Assembly (NCBI GenBank): GCA_021513715.1
Contig: CP084167.1
Span: forward strand, 2,944,001 to 3,008,000
Direction: 5' to 3'
Origin: Candidatus Heimdallarchaeum endolithica
Lineage (GTDB): Archaea > Asgardarchaeota > Heimdallarchaeia > Heimdallarchaeales > Heimdallarchaeaceae
Length of the DNA: 64,000 nt
The translations under genes and the position numbers were made by a program. Below the pieces are notes generated by a model that made no database searches, was not told the DNA's origin, and saw only the letters and a list, made by a program, of their open reading frames with translations. This document shows, one piece after another, positions 40,833 to 51,100 of this stretch; the first letter of the stretch is position 1; the number at the start of each line of letters is the position of its first letter.

Positions 40833-41626
40833 GGTAGTGTCTAGTTTTTATACCACCTCCTAGGCAAAAAGAAACTAAGGGGAGGATGTCCCAAGCTCTG
40901 ATGAAGACGAACGAAATTATAATGGAACATAAAGAGAGTAAGAAAACCAGAAAGATGACTAGAGCCATAGACGGCACGGATAGGACAAGTGTAGTGCAGT
41001 GGAGAATAGAATGAAACCAACGATAACTCTTAAGGGTAGCATTAAAACGTTCAATATAGGAGCGTAAACCACCTTTGATAACGGAGATTTTAATACCGAG
41101 ACGACGTAAGACAGGATACCATATACCATACCCCTATACCCCTGCATCTGTGACGACAATACGAGGCTTAGAACCCTATACCAACATTTGAGCCAATAAC
41201 GGAAAGTTAGTAAACATTCAAGATTACTCCGTCCTTTAGTAATACTAAAACCCAATAAAGTCTTGTTGTAAGGATCTAACGCGAACCACAGATACATTGA
41301 GCCCTGAGTGGTCTTAATTTCTGTTTCATCTACTACTATAATCTCTGGTATTCCCCCTCTCTCTGCTACAACTCTATGTAAACTTTCCCTAAAGAGCCTG
41401 AACTTCTTTACTCAATACCATAACACTATTGTTTGGTGTGTTAAACCATTCTTCCATCCTACTGTCCTCAACCCATTCTTTGAACCAATCTATTCCTAAA
41501 TTGCTTTTATTATTATCTTTTTGGGGACTCTGCATCTCTTAAAAAGAGTAGATAGTTTTTGAATTTTCATATCTTACTATTAGAGTCCCCACAAATATTT
41601 TTGTCGGAAGAAAACTAGACACTACC
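40833..41626 (-). mobile_element. IS6-family element, copy 2 (inactive; extra stops and indels)
   Basis: Perfect 16-bp IRs GGTAGTGTCTAGTTTT (40833-40848) and AAAACTAGACACTACC (41611-41626); close to copy 1 in sequence, same orientation. Confidence 0.9.
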
Positions 41627-41879
41627 TTTACTAGTATAAGTTGCTTCTAAATATATATAAGGTAATTTCTCCAAAAAAGTAAATTAGTCTTAAACATAGA
41701 AAAACACATAAAGTGGAGCAATTCATTAAAAAAGCTAATATAATTTTTTTTCCAATTAAAGTAAATTATCAATAAGATTACTATCTTTCAAAAAAGTTAT
41801 AAAGTTCTGTAGTTTTTACGTTTATAACAAGGTAAAGCATTAAGATAAACTTATGCAAATGAAAATTTAAAGTGATTTT

Positions 41880-42929
41880 ATGAGTGTAAGAACACCGGAA
41901 GATATTCTACTGGAAGTAAAAGGCTTGAAAACCTACTTCTTTACAGAAGAAGGAGTAGTGAAAGCTATAGAATCAATCAATTTTGTTGTTTATAAATCAG
42001 AAACATTAGGGCTAGTAGGAGAATCTGGATCAGGAAAAAGTGTAACTGCTCTAAGTATCTTAGGAATTGTACCGGACCCACCGGGAAAAGTCCTTGAAGG
42101 TGAAGTTATTTTCCATGGTCAAGATTTACGTAAATTGAGCACTGCTGAAATGCGTAAAATCAGAGGAAACCAGATTGCCCAAGTATTTCAGGATCCTATG
42201 ACCTCTCTGAACCCTGTTTTCACCGTTGGAGACCAGATCGGAGAAGCTATTATTCTTCATCAACAAGTATCTAGGAAGGAAGCTAGAGAAAAAGCTATCA
42301 AAATCATGTCTCTTGTTGGTATTCCTTCTGCTGATGAACGTGTTGATAACTATCCTTTTGAGTTCTCAGGAGGTATGCGCCAGAGAGTTATGATTGCTAT
42401 GGCACTAAGTTGTAACCCTGAACTTCTTATCGCTGACGAACCAACAACAGCTTTAGATGTAACTATTCAAGCTCAAATCCTTGAGCTACTGAAGGCAACC
42501 AGCGAAGAGTTTGACATGAGTATCATTCTTATTACACATGATATGGGTGTTATCGCTGAAATGTGTGACCGTGTGGCTGTTATGTATGCAGGGTATATCG
42601 CTGAAGTTAGTGATATAATGACTATTTTCAAGTCTCCTTTGCATCCTTATACTAAAGGTCTACTTGGAGCCATTCCTCGTCCTGATGCGAAGAGAGAAGA
42701 TTTAACAATTATTAGAGGAAGCATTCCTAATCTTATTAATCCTCCATCAGGGTGTCGTTTCCATCCCCGATGTGATTACTGGATAAAAGGATTATGTGAA
42801 GTGAAAATTCCTGAGTTTATTGAAATTGAACCAGGGCATCAATTAATGTGCCACTTATACACTGAAGAAGGTAAAGCTTATCTGGAAGCTCACAAAGACC
42901 ACCCCAGAATATCTTATGCAGCAAAGTAG
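41880..42929 (+). CDS. dppD: Oligopeptide ABC transporter ATPase (DppD/OppD)
   Basis: [52 protein letters not shown]. Confidence 0.96.
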   Translation: MSVRTPEDILLEVKGLKTYFFTEEGVVKAIESINFVVYKSETLGLVGESGSGKSVTALSILGIVPDPPGKVLEGEVIFHGQDLRKLSTAEMRKIRGNQIAQVFQDPMTSLNPVFTVGDQIGEAIILHQQVSRKEAREKAIKIMSLVGIPSADERVDNYPFEFSGGMRQRVMIAMALSCNPELLIADEPTTALDVTIQAQILELLKATSEEFDMSIILITHDMGVIAEMCDRVAVMYAGYIAEVSDIMTIFKSPLHPYTKGLLGAIPRPDAKREDLTIIRGSIPNLINPPSGCRFHPRCDYWIKGLCEVKIPEFIEIEPGHQLMCHLYTEEGKAYLEAHKDHPRISYAAK

Positions 42930-42940
42930 GTGAATAAAGA

Positions 42941-44146
42941 ATGTCAACACCATCTATTATAGAAAAATTACAAGAAAAAAAAGGAAAAGATGCAAGAATT
43001 AAAACTAAAGATCTCGAAGAAGATGTAGTTCTTGAAGTTGAAAATTTAGCCAAATACTTCAAAATACCTAATCCTATGGATACAACTTGGTTCTTAGTTG
43101 CTTTTGTAGGCGCACTAGTTTTATTCGCATTTTTCAAAATTATTGGACTTATTCTTATAGGATTAATTATTCTAGCTTATTTCATTATTCCATATGTACC
43201 GCCATTCAACAAAAGACCAAAATTTGTTTATCTAAAAGCAGTCGATGGTTTAAACATTAAAATTAGAAAGCAAAAAATCGTTGGTCTTGTAGGAGAAAGT
43301 GGATGTGGAAAAAGTACAGCAGCTAGAACTATTTTGCGTCTTCTCGAGCCGACCAAAGGGTCTGTTTATTTCAGGGGTATAGATATCAACAGACTAACTT
43401 CTGATGAATTAAAAGAAATGAGAAGATATATGCAAATAGTCTTTCAAGATCCTTACGCTAGTCTTAACCCAAGAGCAACAGCTTTTGATATTATATCTGA
43501 ACCCTATATTATTCATGGAGTAGCTTCTGGAGACGAAATAAGTATAAACGTCCTCAGATTATTGAAAGAAGTAGGTTTAGCTCCACATCACGCATACAGA
43601 TATCCACATGAATTCTCTGGTGGTCAGAGACAAAGAATAGGAATAGCTCGTGCTTTAGCTTTAGAACCAGATTTCATCATTATGGACGAACCTGTAAGTA
43701 ACTTAGATGTTTCTGTTAGAGCAGCAATTATTCAACTAATCCTCAATTTACAACAAAAAATGGGCTTGACTTATCTCTTTATTGCTCATGATCTTGCATT
43801 GGTTCGTATTCTCTGTGATGAAGTAAATGTTATGTATCTTGGAAAACTTATGGAAGCTGGAACAAGCGATGAAATTTTTGAGGATATGAAACATCCTTAT
43901 ACTAAAGCTTTAGTTTCAGCAGTCCCAATTGCTGATCCAACAAAACGTTCCAAGAAAATATTCCTACAAGGAGATATTCCCACACCAATTAACCCTCCAC
44001 CAGGTTGCCGTTTCCAAACTCGATGTCCTCTTGTAAGTGACATTTGTCGAGCTGAAGATCCTAAAGCTAAATATTTTAGCAAAACACACGTAGTATACTG
44101 TCATAATGTTGAGGGTGGAGAGGATTCTCCAAAAGCTTTTGAGTAA
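42941..44146 (+). CDS. dppF: Oligopeptide ABC transporter ATPase (DppF/OppF) with hydrophobic insertion
   Basis: KAVDG, GESGCGKS, FSGGQRQR, DEPVSNLD, PPPGCRFQTRC. Confidence 0.95.
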   Translation: MSTPSIIEKLQEKKGKDARIKTKDLEEDVVLEVENLAKYFKIPNPMDTTWFLVAFVGALVLFAFFKIIGLILIGLIILAYFIIPYVPPFNKRPKFVYLKAVDGLNIKIRKQKIVGLVGESGCGKSTAARTILRLLEPTKGSVYFRGIDINRLTSDELKEMRRYMQIVFQDPYASLNPRATAFDIISEPYIIHGVASGDEISINVLRLLKEVGLAPHHAYRYPHEFSGGQRQRIGIARALALEPDFIIMDEPVSNLDVSVRAAIIQLILNLQQKMGLTYLFIAHDLALVRILCDEVNVMYLGKLMEAGTSDEIFEDMKHPYTKALVSAVPIADPTKRSKKIFLQGDIPTPINPPPGCRFQTRCPLVSDICRAEDPKAKYFSKTHVVYCHNVEGGEDSPKAFE

Positions 44147-44231
44147 CTTCTATTTTCTTTTCAACTTTTTTTTATTATAGCATAATTCTTATATTACTTA
44201 GTATTATATTTCAATTGTTAAAATAAAATGC

Positions 44232-44999
44232 TTGGTGACCAAGTTTATGAGTAAGGTAAATGTTCAAATAGCTCTAAATAATATTGAAAGAATAAAATCA
44301 GAATTAGAAGAACTAACTCAATTAGTTGTTGGGTTGAAGGAGGATCTTAATTATTCTGTAGAAAATAGCAAAAATTCACTATCTAGTATACTGAAAAAAA
44401 ATGAAGAGAAAAGCGAAAATATAAATATCCTCGAAACAACAAGAAAGGATTTACAACGTCAAATTAGTGAAAAAACTAGTGAATTAAATGAAAAAACATC
44501 TAAAAAGGATATCTTAAACTCTGAAATACAAAGTAAAAGACAAGACTTAGAAAAACTGAATTCAGTTATTCTCACAGAAGAAAAAAATAAAACTGAATTA
44601 CAAACTGAAACAATTGGAAAAGAGGAAAAACTACAGACACTAAACAGAAAAATAGAAGAGAAACAAGTCCTAATCGAAGCAACAAGGGAAGATACAGAAA
44701 AAGAAATATTAGCTAAAAATGAACAAATTAGGAAACTAAATGATGAAAAGGATAAAATTGTTTCAAGAGCTAAAGCCCTAAAATATTTGTTGAAGAAAAA
44801 TATCATTAGTCTTCCAGAGATTAATGTAATTCGAAGTTTAAATGTACCTGGTGTGGATACTGAAGAAAATATTAGGAAAACATCTGGTGTTTCTGATCAA
44901 ATTGTAAGAAAAATCTTAATGGACCTTGATGAGAGAGGAATTATAACCTATGAAACATTATCTGGAAAGGTTCAGAAGCTTACAGAAATTGATATTTAG
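44232..44999 (+). CDS. Long coiled-coil protein with C-terminal winged-helix-like domain
   Basis: About 180 aa of heptads, then PEINVIRSL...EENIRKTSGVSDQIVRKILMDLDERGIITY. Confidence 0.7.
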   Translation: MVTKFMSKVNVQIALNNIERIKSELEELTQLVVGLKEDLNYSVENSKNSLSSILKKNEEKSENINILETTRKDLQRQISEKTSELNEKTSKKDILNSEIQSKRQDLEKLNSVILTEEKNKTELQTETIGKEEKLQTLNRKIEEKQVLIEATREDTEKEILAKNEQIRKLNDEKDKIVSRAKALKYLLKKNIISLPEINVIRSLNVPGVDTEENIRKTSGVSDQIVRKILMDLDERGIITYETLSGKVQKLTEIDI

Positions 45000-45010
45000 G
45001 AGGAGTAAAA

Positions 45011-45775
45011 ATGCAAGAAATTGAACAACTTAGGTCTCATTTAGATAAAATTAAAGAGTCAATAGATAATTTGAATAGCAAGCTTAATAATAAAATCAAT
45101 ACAATCAGCTCTATTTCTTCTTCTACTGATGAAGAAATAAATGTAATTCCTGGATTCTTTGAAGAGCTAGAAAAAAAGGAAAATGAACTAAATGAAGAAA
45201 TCAAAAAACTAAAAGAAGAACTTCAAAATTTAGTAGACAATATACAAAAAACGGAAGAAGAAATCTCTCTCAATGAATCTGAATTGCAAAAGTTGAAAGA
45301 AAAAGAAAATGTAAAAAGAGAAGAAAAAGATAAGATTGCTTCTGAAATTTCAGAGTTGAAAAATAAGAACATTCTTTTAGATACTCAAATAGAAGAGAAA
45401 ACAAAAGAACTTGAAACATTAACTGAACAATATTCACAAGTGCAAACAAATTCAAAACAACAAATAGAAGAGTTAACAGTAAAAATTGGTGCACTAGAAG
45501 AAGAACTAAAGAAGGCGAAAGAAGATAATAAACTTATAGTTTACTTGATGGATGCAGGGTTGATGGATGTTCCTGAAGCAGAAATAATTTCAGTAATTGC
45601 ATCGAGTACTGATGGCTTAACATTAAGCGAAATAAAGGAAAAGGTTTCTATTCCTAGTGTTAGAGTACAACCCACACTAAATAATTTACTTGAAAAAGTC
45701 TTAACCTATGATGCAAGAAGAGAGAAATACCAGATTAGCTCAATAGTACAAGAAGAAATGAACAATAGATCTTAA
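45011..45775 (+). CDS. Long coiled-coil protein with C-terminal winged-helix-like domain (paralog)
   Basis: Heptads, then PEAEIISVI...GLTLSEIKEKVSIPSVRVQPTLNNLLEKVLTYD; SD AGGAGG. Confidence 0.7.
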   Translation: MQEIEQLRSHLDKIKESIDNLNSKLNNKINTISSISSSTDEEINVIPGFFEELEKKENELNEEIKKLKEELQNLVDNIQKTEEEISLNESELQKLKEKENVKREEKDKIASEISELKNKNILLDTQIEEKTKELETLTEQYSQVQTNSKQQIEELTVKIGALEEELKKAKEDNKLIVYLMDAGLMDVPEAEIISVIASSTDGLTLSEIKEKVSIPSVRVQPTLNNLLEKVLTYDARREKYQISSIVQEEMNNRS

Positions 45776-45800
45776 AATTCTCTTTGTTTATTATACTTAT

Positions 45801-46715
45801 TCATTTTTTCTTCGATTCAAAATTTTTCTTTATTTCATAATAATCTTTATTGTTAAAAGGACAGACCTTTAAACATATACTGCAACCATATTCATTAGTA
45901 AAATGTGGCATACATTTTTCCTGTATAATATGAGTTATTCTTCCTGAGCTGTGAATAATAGGTTCATCTAGAATTGCTTTGCCTGGGCAAGAACGAATAC
46001 ATTTTCTACATTTTTTACAGTAATCTTCTATCCAAGAATGCTTATTTTCTTTCGCAAAAGGTAAATTTTCAATATTTGTATATATTGCTGATATTCTAAA
46101 TCTAGGGCCAAACTCAGGAGAAATCATTAATCCAGAGTAACCGAGCCAAGCTAATCCTGCAGCTTGCGCTAAAGGTGGATATAGTGAAATCCCTCCTAAA
46201 GGGTGTCTTGCATGAGCTGCAAAGCCTAGCTTTCTTAAATATTTAGTTAATTTGTTTGTTAAGATGCCAAGTTTGTTATAAGTGTGCATTACTTCTTTAA
46301 TTGCTTTAAAGCTGGGGGTTGTATCCATTTTTTCCTTATTCATTTCCATTCCTAAAACAATGGCATTTTCATGTAAAACGCATTTTTCCTTGAAAACATT
46401 TTGTGGTTCTACTTTTGCATAACCAATGAGGTCAATACCTATCTGTTTTGCATAATTTTCAACATCTTTCAACTCTGCTTTTGTTATTTTTTTCTTAGGA
46501 TTAGAAGGGTTCTTCTTTAATGTATCAATTGCCTTGTGTAAATTAATTACATTAGAAATTACTATTGGAGATAAACGAACTAATCCTCTAAGTCCTTCAG
46601 ATCTATATTTAGTACTTTCTTTGGGTATAAAGAATCTTTCAATGGAATCTTCATTGTAACTCACACTAGTTTCGTATTTACAAACATTGTTCTCTTTTTT
46701 AAAAAGAGGATTCAT
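45801..46715 (-). CDS. Reductive dehalogenase/epoxyqueuosine reductase-like 2x[4Fe-4S] protein
   Basis: AQAAGLAWLG.SGL.ISPEFGPRFR, CKKCRKCIRSCPGKAI, C...CSICLKVCPFN. Confidence 0.8.
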   Translation of the reverse strand: MNPLFKKENNVCKYETSVSYNEDSIERFFIPKESTKYRSEGLRGLVRLSPIVISNVINLHKAIDTLKKNPSNPKKKITKAELKDVENYAKQIGIDLIGYAKVEPQNVFKEKCVLHENAIVLGMEMNKEKMDTTPSFKAIKEVMHTYNKLGILTNKLTKYLRKLGFAAHARHPLGGISLYPPLAQAAGLAWLGYSGLMISPEFGPRFRISAIYTNIENLPFAKENKHSWIEDYCKKCRKCIRSCPGKAILDEPIIHSSGRITHIIQEKCMPHFTNEYGCSICLKVCPFNNKDYYEIKKNFESKKK

Positions 46716-46951
46716 GGCTCTATCTAAAAAAATCCCTGAACTTTACCAATGATTTTCATTCTTACATTACTCGTTTTTTGTTTATTATCAACACAAATAA
46801 TTCATTAAATTCTTAAAGATTTTTGCGGTAAAAGGCTGTTTTCTTTTTTAAAGTCTTAAATTTTGTTTTAACTTTATTCTATTTGAAATGAATTAGATTT
46901 AAATGTTGGATATTAATAATTGCTTGTTCTTTAAAATTTGAATAGTTGAAA

Positions 46952-47614
46952 TTAAACCAATGAGGTGTTTATTAAGTAGGTAGAGAAAATAGCATTCATT
47001 AATTCATTTCTTTCTCTAATTAATTCTGTAATAATTTCTCCAAATTTCTCGTCTCTTATTTCTTCTCTAACTTCATTCAACAACATTTCGTTAAGTCCTT
47101 TGTTTAAACATAAAGTTATTTTATTGCATTTATACAAGATCGCTAGTAATAGTTTGGTGTGCATGGTTGCTTTTTTCGAATTAATTATAGTCTCTTGTAA
47201 TTGATGCATTAGTTCAATTTTTACGCTTTCTTCAGTACAGAAAATTTTTCTTCTTTTAAAAAATAAGAATCTTTTTTCTATTTTAGTTAAGATTCCGTCT
47301 TGAAGCATAACTTCAATAAAAGATTCAAGTATTTGATTTGATTTTATACCTAATGATCTTATCCAAAATCTAATATCATTTTCATGTTCATTCTGCATTT
47401 CTTCAATAATGCTCTTAAAAATAGGGTGTGTAGTTTCTGATGAAATAATCTCTATCTTATTATCATCTCTAATTTTTATTAAATTTAACATCTCTAAATC
47501 GATGATTATAGCTGAAGGTAAACCATAAAAAATAAGGTCACTACTACTCTTTTCTATCCTTCCTCTCCTTTGATCAATTAACAAGATTATTAATCTCTCA
47601 GTTAGTAACAACAT
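46952..47614 (-). CDS. GPP34 (GOLPH3/Vps74) family protein
   Basis: L.ERLIILLID...G, YGLPSAIIIDL, T.HPIF, W, GIL...KRFLFF, TKLLLAIL pattern. Confidence 0.7.
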   Translation of the reverse strand: MLLLTERLIILLIDQRRGRIEKSSSDLIFYGLPSAIIIDLEMLNLIKIRDDNKIEIISSETTHPIFKSIIEEMQNEHENDIRFWIRSLGIKSNQILESFIEVMLQDGILTKIEKRFLFFKRRKIFCTEESVKIELMHQLQETIINSKKATMHTKLLLAILYKCNKITLCLNKGLNEMLLNEVREEIRDEKFGEIITELIRERNELMNAIFSTYLINTSLV

Positions 47615-47833
47615 TCAAATTAAAATTATCTAATTCACCCTAATATATTTTGCTTTCTTGTAAATAAAATAATCTTAAAATTCAAGATTCATTAAAGCAT
47701 AGTTTAGATGCTTAAATAGAGTAAAAAAAAGCTTATACAGGGAGCAGAAAAGCGGTTAAATTATTTATAAATGTCTATGCTAAGATATAATTAAAACTCA
47801 ACAAATAGAAAATATAAGGAGAATAAAGAAACT

Positions 47834-48157
47834 ATGGGTTCTTGTATGGTTACTTACGATACCTATTCTCCTGGTATCACTATTGAAAATCACTCTCTTA
47901 AATTCTATGTTAATCAAACGGATTTAACTTATCTCCCTGATGGTAATTATACTCTCTGGAGACCTATCAATGAGGGTGAAGAATTACCTGCGATTATTAT
48001 AATTAAATCTGGTATAATTAATATTACTTACAGTAGTTTTGGCAATCAAGAGACTGAAGCGGTGAGCTTTTCCCTTCTGTCCCCCTTAATGTTATTCCTT
48101 CCACTCTTTTCGTATGTTGTTGTTTTTTATAAACATAAAAGGTCATTAGTTGTATGA
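47834..48157 (+). CDS. N-terminally truncated copy of the 29420-30049 gene (possibly a pseudogene)
   Basis: Near-identical to 29726-~30022; starts at the parent's internal Met; upstream region homologous to the parent promoter. Confidence 0.7.
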   Translation: MGSCMVTYDTYSPGITIENHSLKFYVNQTDLTYLPDGNYTLWRPINEGEELPAIIIIKSGIINITYSSFGNQETEAVSFSLLSPLMLFLPLFSYVVVFYKHKRSLVV

Positions 48158-48199
48158 ATGGAAAAAAAGGAAATTTATTTGAATAGAAATTAAAGAGAA

Positions 48200-51100
48200 C
48201 TAGGTTGTTCTACCCTTTTTTTTTGATCTTATAGTTTTGACAATAGAATTTATTCCAATTCCAAGTATCACTGTTGCAGCTCCAACAGCTATTCCATAGT
48301 AGCTATTTAACACTGAGTCTATTGCTGACCAACTTTTGGGGAAAAAACCTTTTGGATTGTGAATCTGGAAAACCAGCTGTATTTCAATAGTATTATTAGC
48401 TCTATCGCTTAATCTAAAGTAAATAGTATATTCTCCATTATCAAGAGAAGTAGTGTTAAGATAATATGTTTGGGGAATTGAATTTGCAGTCCAAATTGTG
48501 TTATTTATTTCTACTTCTAACTTTGCTACGCCACTTCCATCGTCAGAGCCGTTAATATTGAACTTAATATTATCACCCGATAGAACTGTAGATGTAGGTG
48601 GTCCATCTACTACTAAATTAGGTAAAACAGTATCAGTTGCAATATAGGAATATGGATCTGAAGCAAAACCCATAGTAGAAACTTGTTCAAACTCGTCAAA
48701 AGCCACAACATAATAAAATACCTCTGTACTCCAATTTACAGGAGGAATATAAGCATAGTATAAGCTCCCACTACTTGTCATTGAAGTTGACTGCCAGTTT
48801 CCATCGTCAAATTTGTAATATAATGTACAATTCTTAACGCTAGTTTCTTCAGAAACGCCAACAATAACTTCAACCTCTTCTCCATATTCTGGTTTAGAAG
48901 GGTTTATTTCTATGTGTGAGAGAAGAGGAGGATTAAAATCGTTTTCAACAGTAACAATTCGCTTATCACTCGTTGATCTGTAGTTGCCTGAACTATCATA
49001 TGCAATAGCTTTTAATTCGTATACACCATTACCGATATTTCTTGTATTCCAATAAGTTTCATACGGAGAAGAACTAATGTTAGTTATTAATGTTAAGTTT
49101 GCGTAAAATTCAATAAAAGCAATGGAACTACCTTCGTCTTCTGCGTTAGCTTCTAATAAAACTGTTTCAGTAAGGAGAGAATTATTGTAAGGACGAATAA
49201 GTTCAATAGAAGGTTCTATGTCATCTATTACAGTAAACGAGTAATATACTCCCCCATTATCATCAGTCTGTATATTGCCAAATAAGTCAGTGGCGTTAAT
49301 ATAGAAAAGAACGTGTGTGCCAGTTGGCAAAGTGGGCAAATTGACTTCATATCCTTTTTCAGAAACCTTAGTTGGAATGACAGATAACCAACTAGAGCCA
49401 TTGTAATAATTAAGTGTTAGTTCAGTGATATCTGAGAGTTCATCATAAGCATCAAAAACAATATTTGCACCTTGATAATATTTTGGAGTGTTAGTAAGAC
49501 TTACAGATTCTATAACAGGTTCTCCAATTTCGATGAGATTCAAATCGTCAAAAATAACAGTCATAACATCTGTACCAGTAGTGTCAACATTCAAGGTTAT
49601 TCTAGTGACATTCCAATTATTAACACCATAGTAACTTATAGCATCGTTGTAAATATTGCGTTTTAAATTCAACCAATTATTGAGTATGTTTCTATCTTTT
49701 AGCAAAAAGTAGACAACATCTGTTTGGTTTGATAGATTAATATTTGACCCATTCGCAATAACATAATGAATTGAATTAGTATCATCAAGTAGTAGTGATA
49801 TTGATACATAAACATTATCTCCTTGCATTTTCTCTAGGTAGTACCAGAAGTTACTTATCATGCCTGGTTTAAGGATAAAATACATGTTTGAAATATACGT
49901 ACTAACTGCGTAATTGCTATGTGAACTAATGTTTATTGCCCAATCTCCTGAATGAGCAAAAGAAGTTTTATTAACGCAATTTTCAGAAGCAGAGGTTTCC
50001 CACGCAGCAAATATTCTAGATGGATCCCAAATTTGCTCAAAAGAAGGTTCAATAAAAGCATAACTTTTGATTGATAAGTTGTCTATTAGGAGTTCTACTC
50101 TTGTATTTTGTGAGTAAGCTCCAATATAGAAATCAACATTTTCTAAAGTTATGTTCCTTAAGTTTAGCGTGTTATATAATTCATAAACATCAATAGATGT
50201 GTGTACCCATTCGTCTTCTCTACCAAAACCATCATCTTTAATGTAATAATAATAATTACTATTGGATGAATAATTAGAGTATAGACTGAAATCTTTGTCT
50301 CCTATTCCAAGGACTATCTCTATGTAATAAGAAACTGTATTATTGCTAAAATGTATTATAAAACTAGCATACTCATCATAACTTCTTAGATTAAATTTTA
50401 TTTTCCAGTAAAAGTCTATTAGAAGAGAATTTTCTTTGTAAACATAGAGTCCTTGAGGGTTACCAAAATATTTGCGAAAAGTAGCATGAGAATTTAAGCC
50501 TTGTATAAATTTTGCAGTTATATTTACAGCCTTGTTACCGCTATAATGTTCATCAGTAAGGCTAACAAAAGATGGGTCACTATCAATGTCTATCCAATAA
50601 CTTCCATCTCCGTTCTCAAAATTACCATTGTAATTACTCATATAATCATTGTCTGAAGAGTCTGTGATATTAACAGTATCAATAACTACTTCTACAGGGT
50701 TATAAGAGTATTGTGCGGCATAACAACGAAAATAAATGTGTTGAATATATTCAGTTGTATAACTACCAAAAATGGCTAAATAATCTTCAGTTACATTACG
50801 TGAAAAGAGCTTCCAAGTTTGGAATTCTGTTGTATTGATATCAAAAACACCATTATTTGAATTATTTGACCCATAAGCTCCGTGATAAGATAAGAAATAA
50901 TAGAGATATCTGTCATTAGAAAAACGTATTGAAAAGTAAAAATCATTGTCAGAACCATAATTATCAATAATGTAATAATAAAAACTAACTGTAATCATGT
51001 CACTTACATAAGCATAAGGCGACTGGTCTAAAGAGAGCCTTAAATTACCAGAAGCAGAAGCAATGTTTGTAGCTTGACTTTTTATATATCCAGAGTAACT

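Noticed and set aside
44232-45775. SMC/Rad50 annotation
   Set aside because: No Walker A/B, signature motif or hinge
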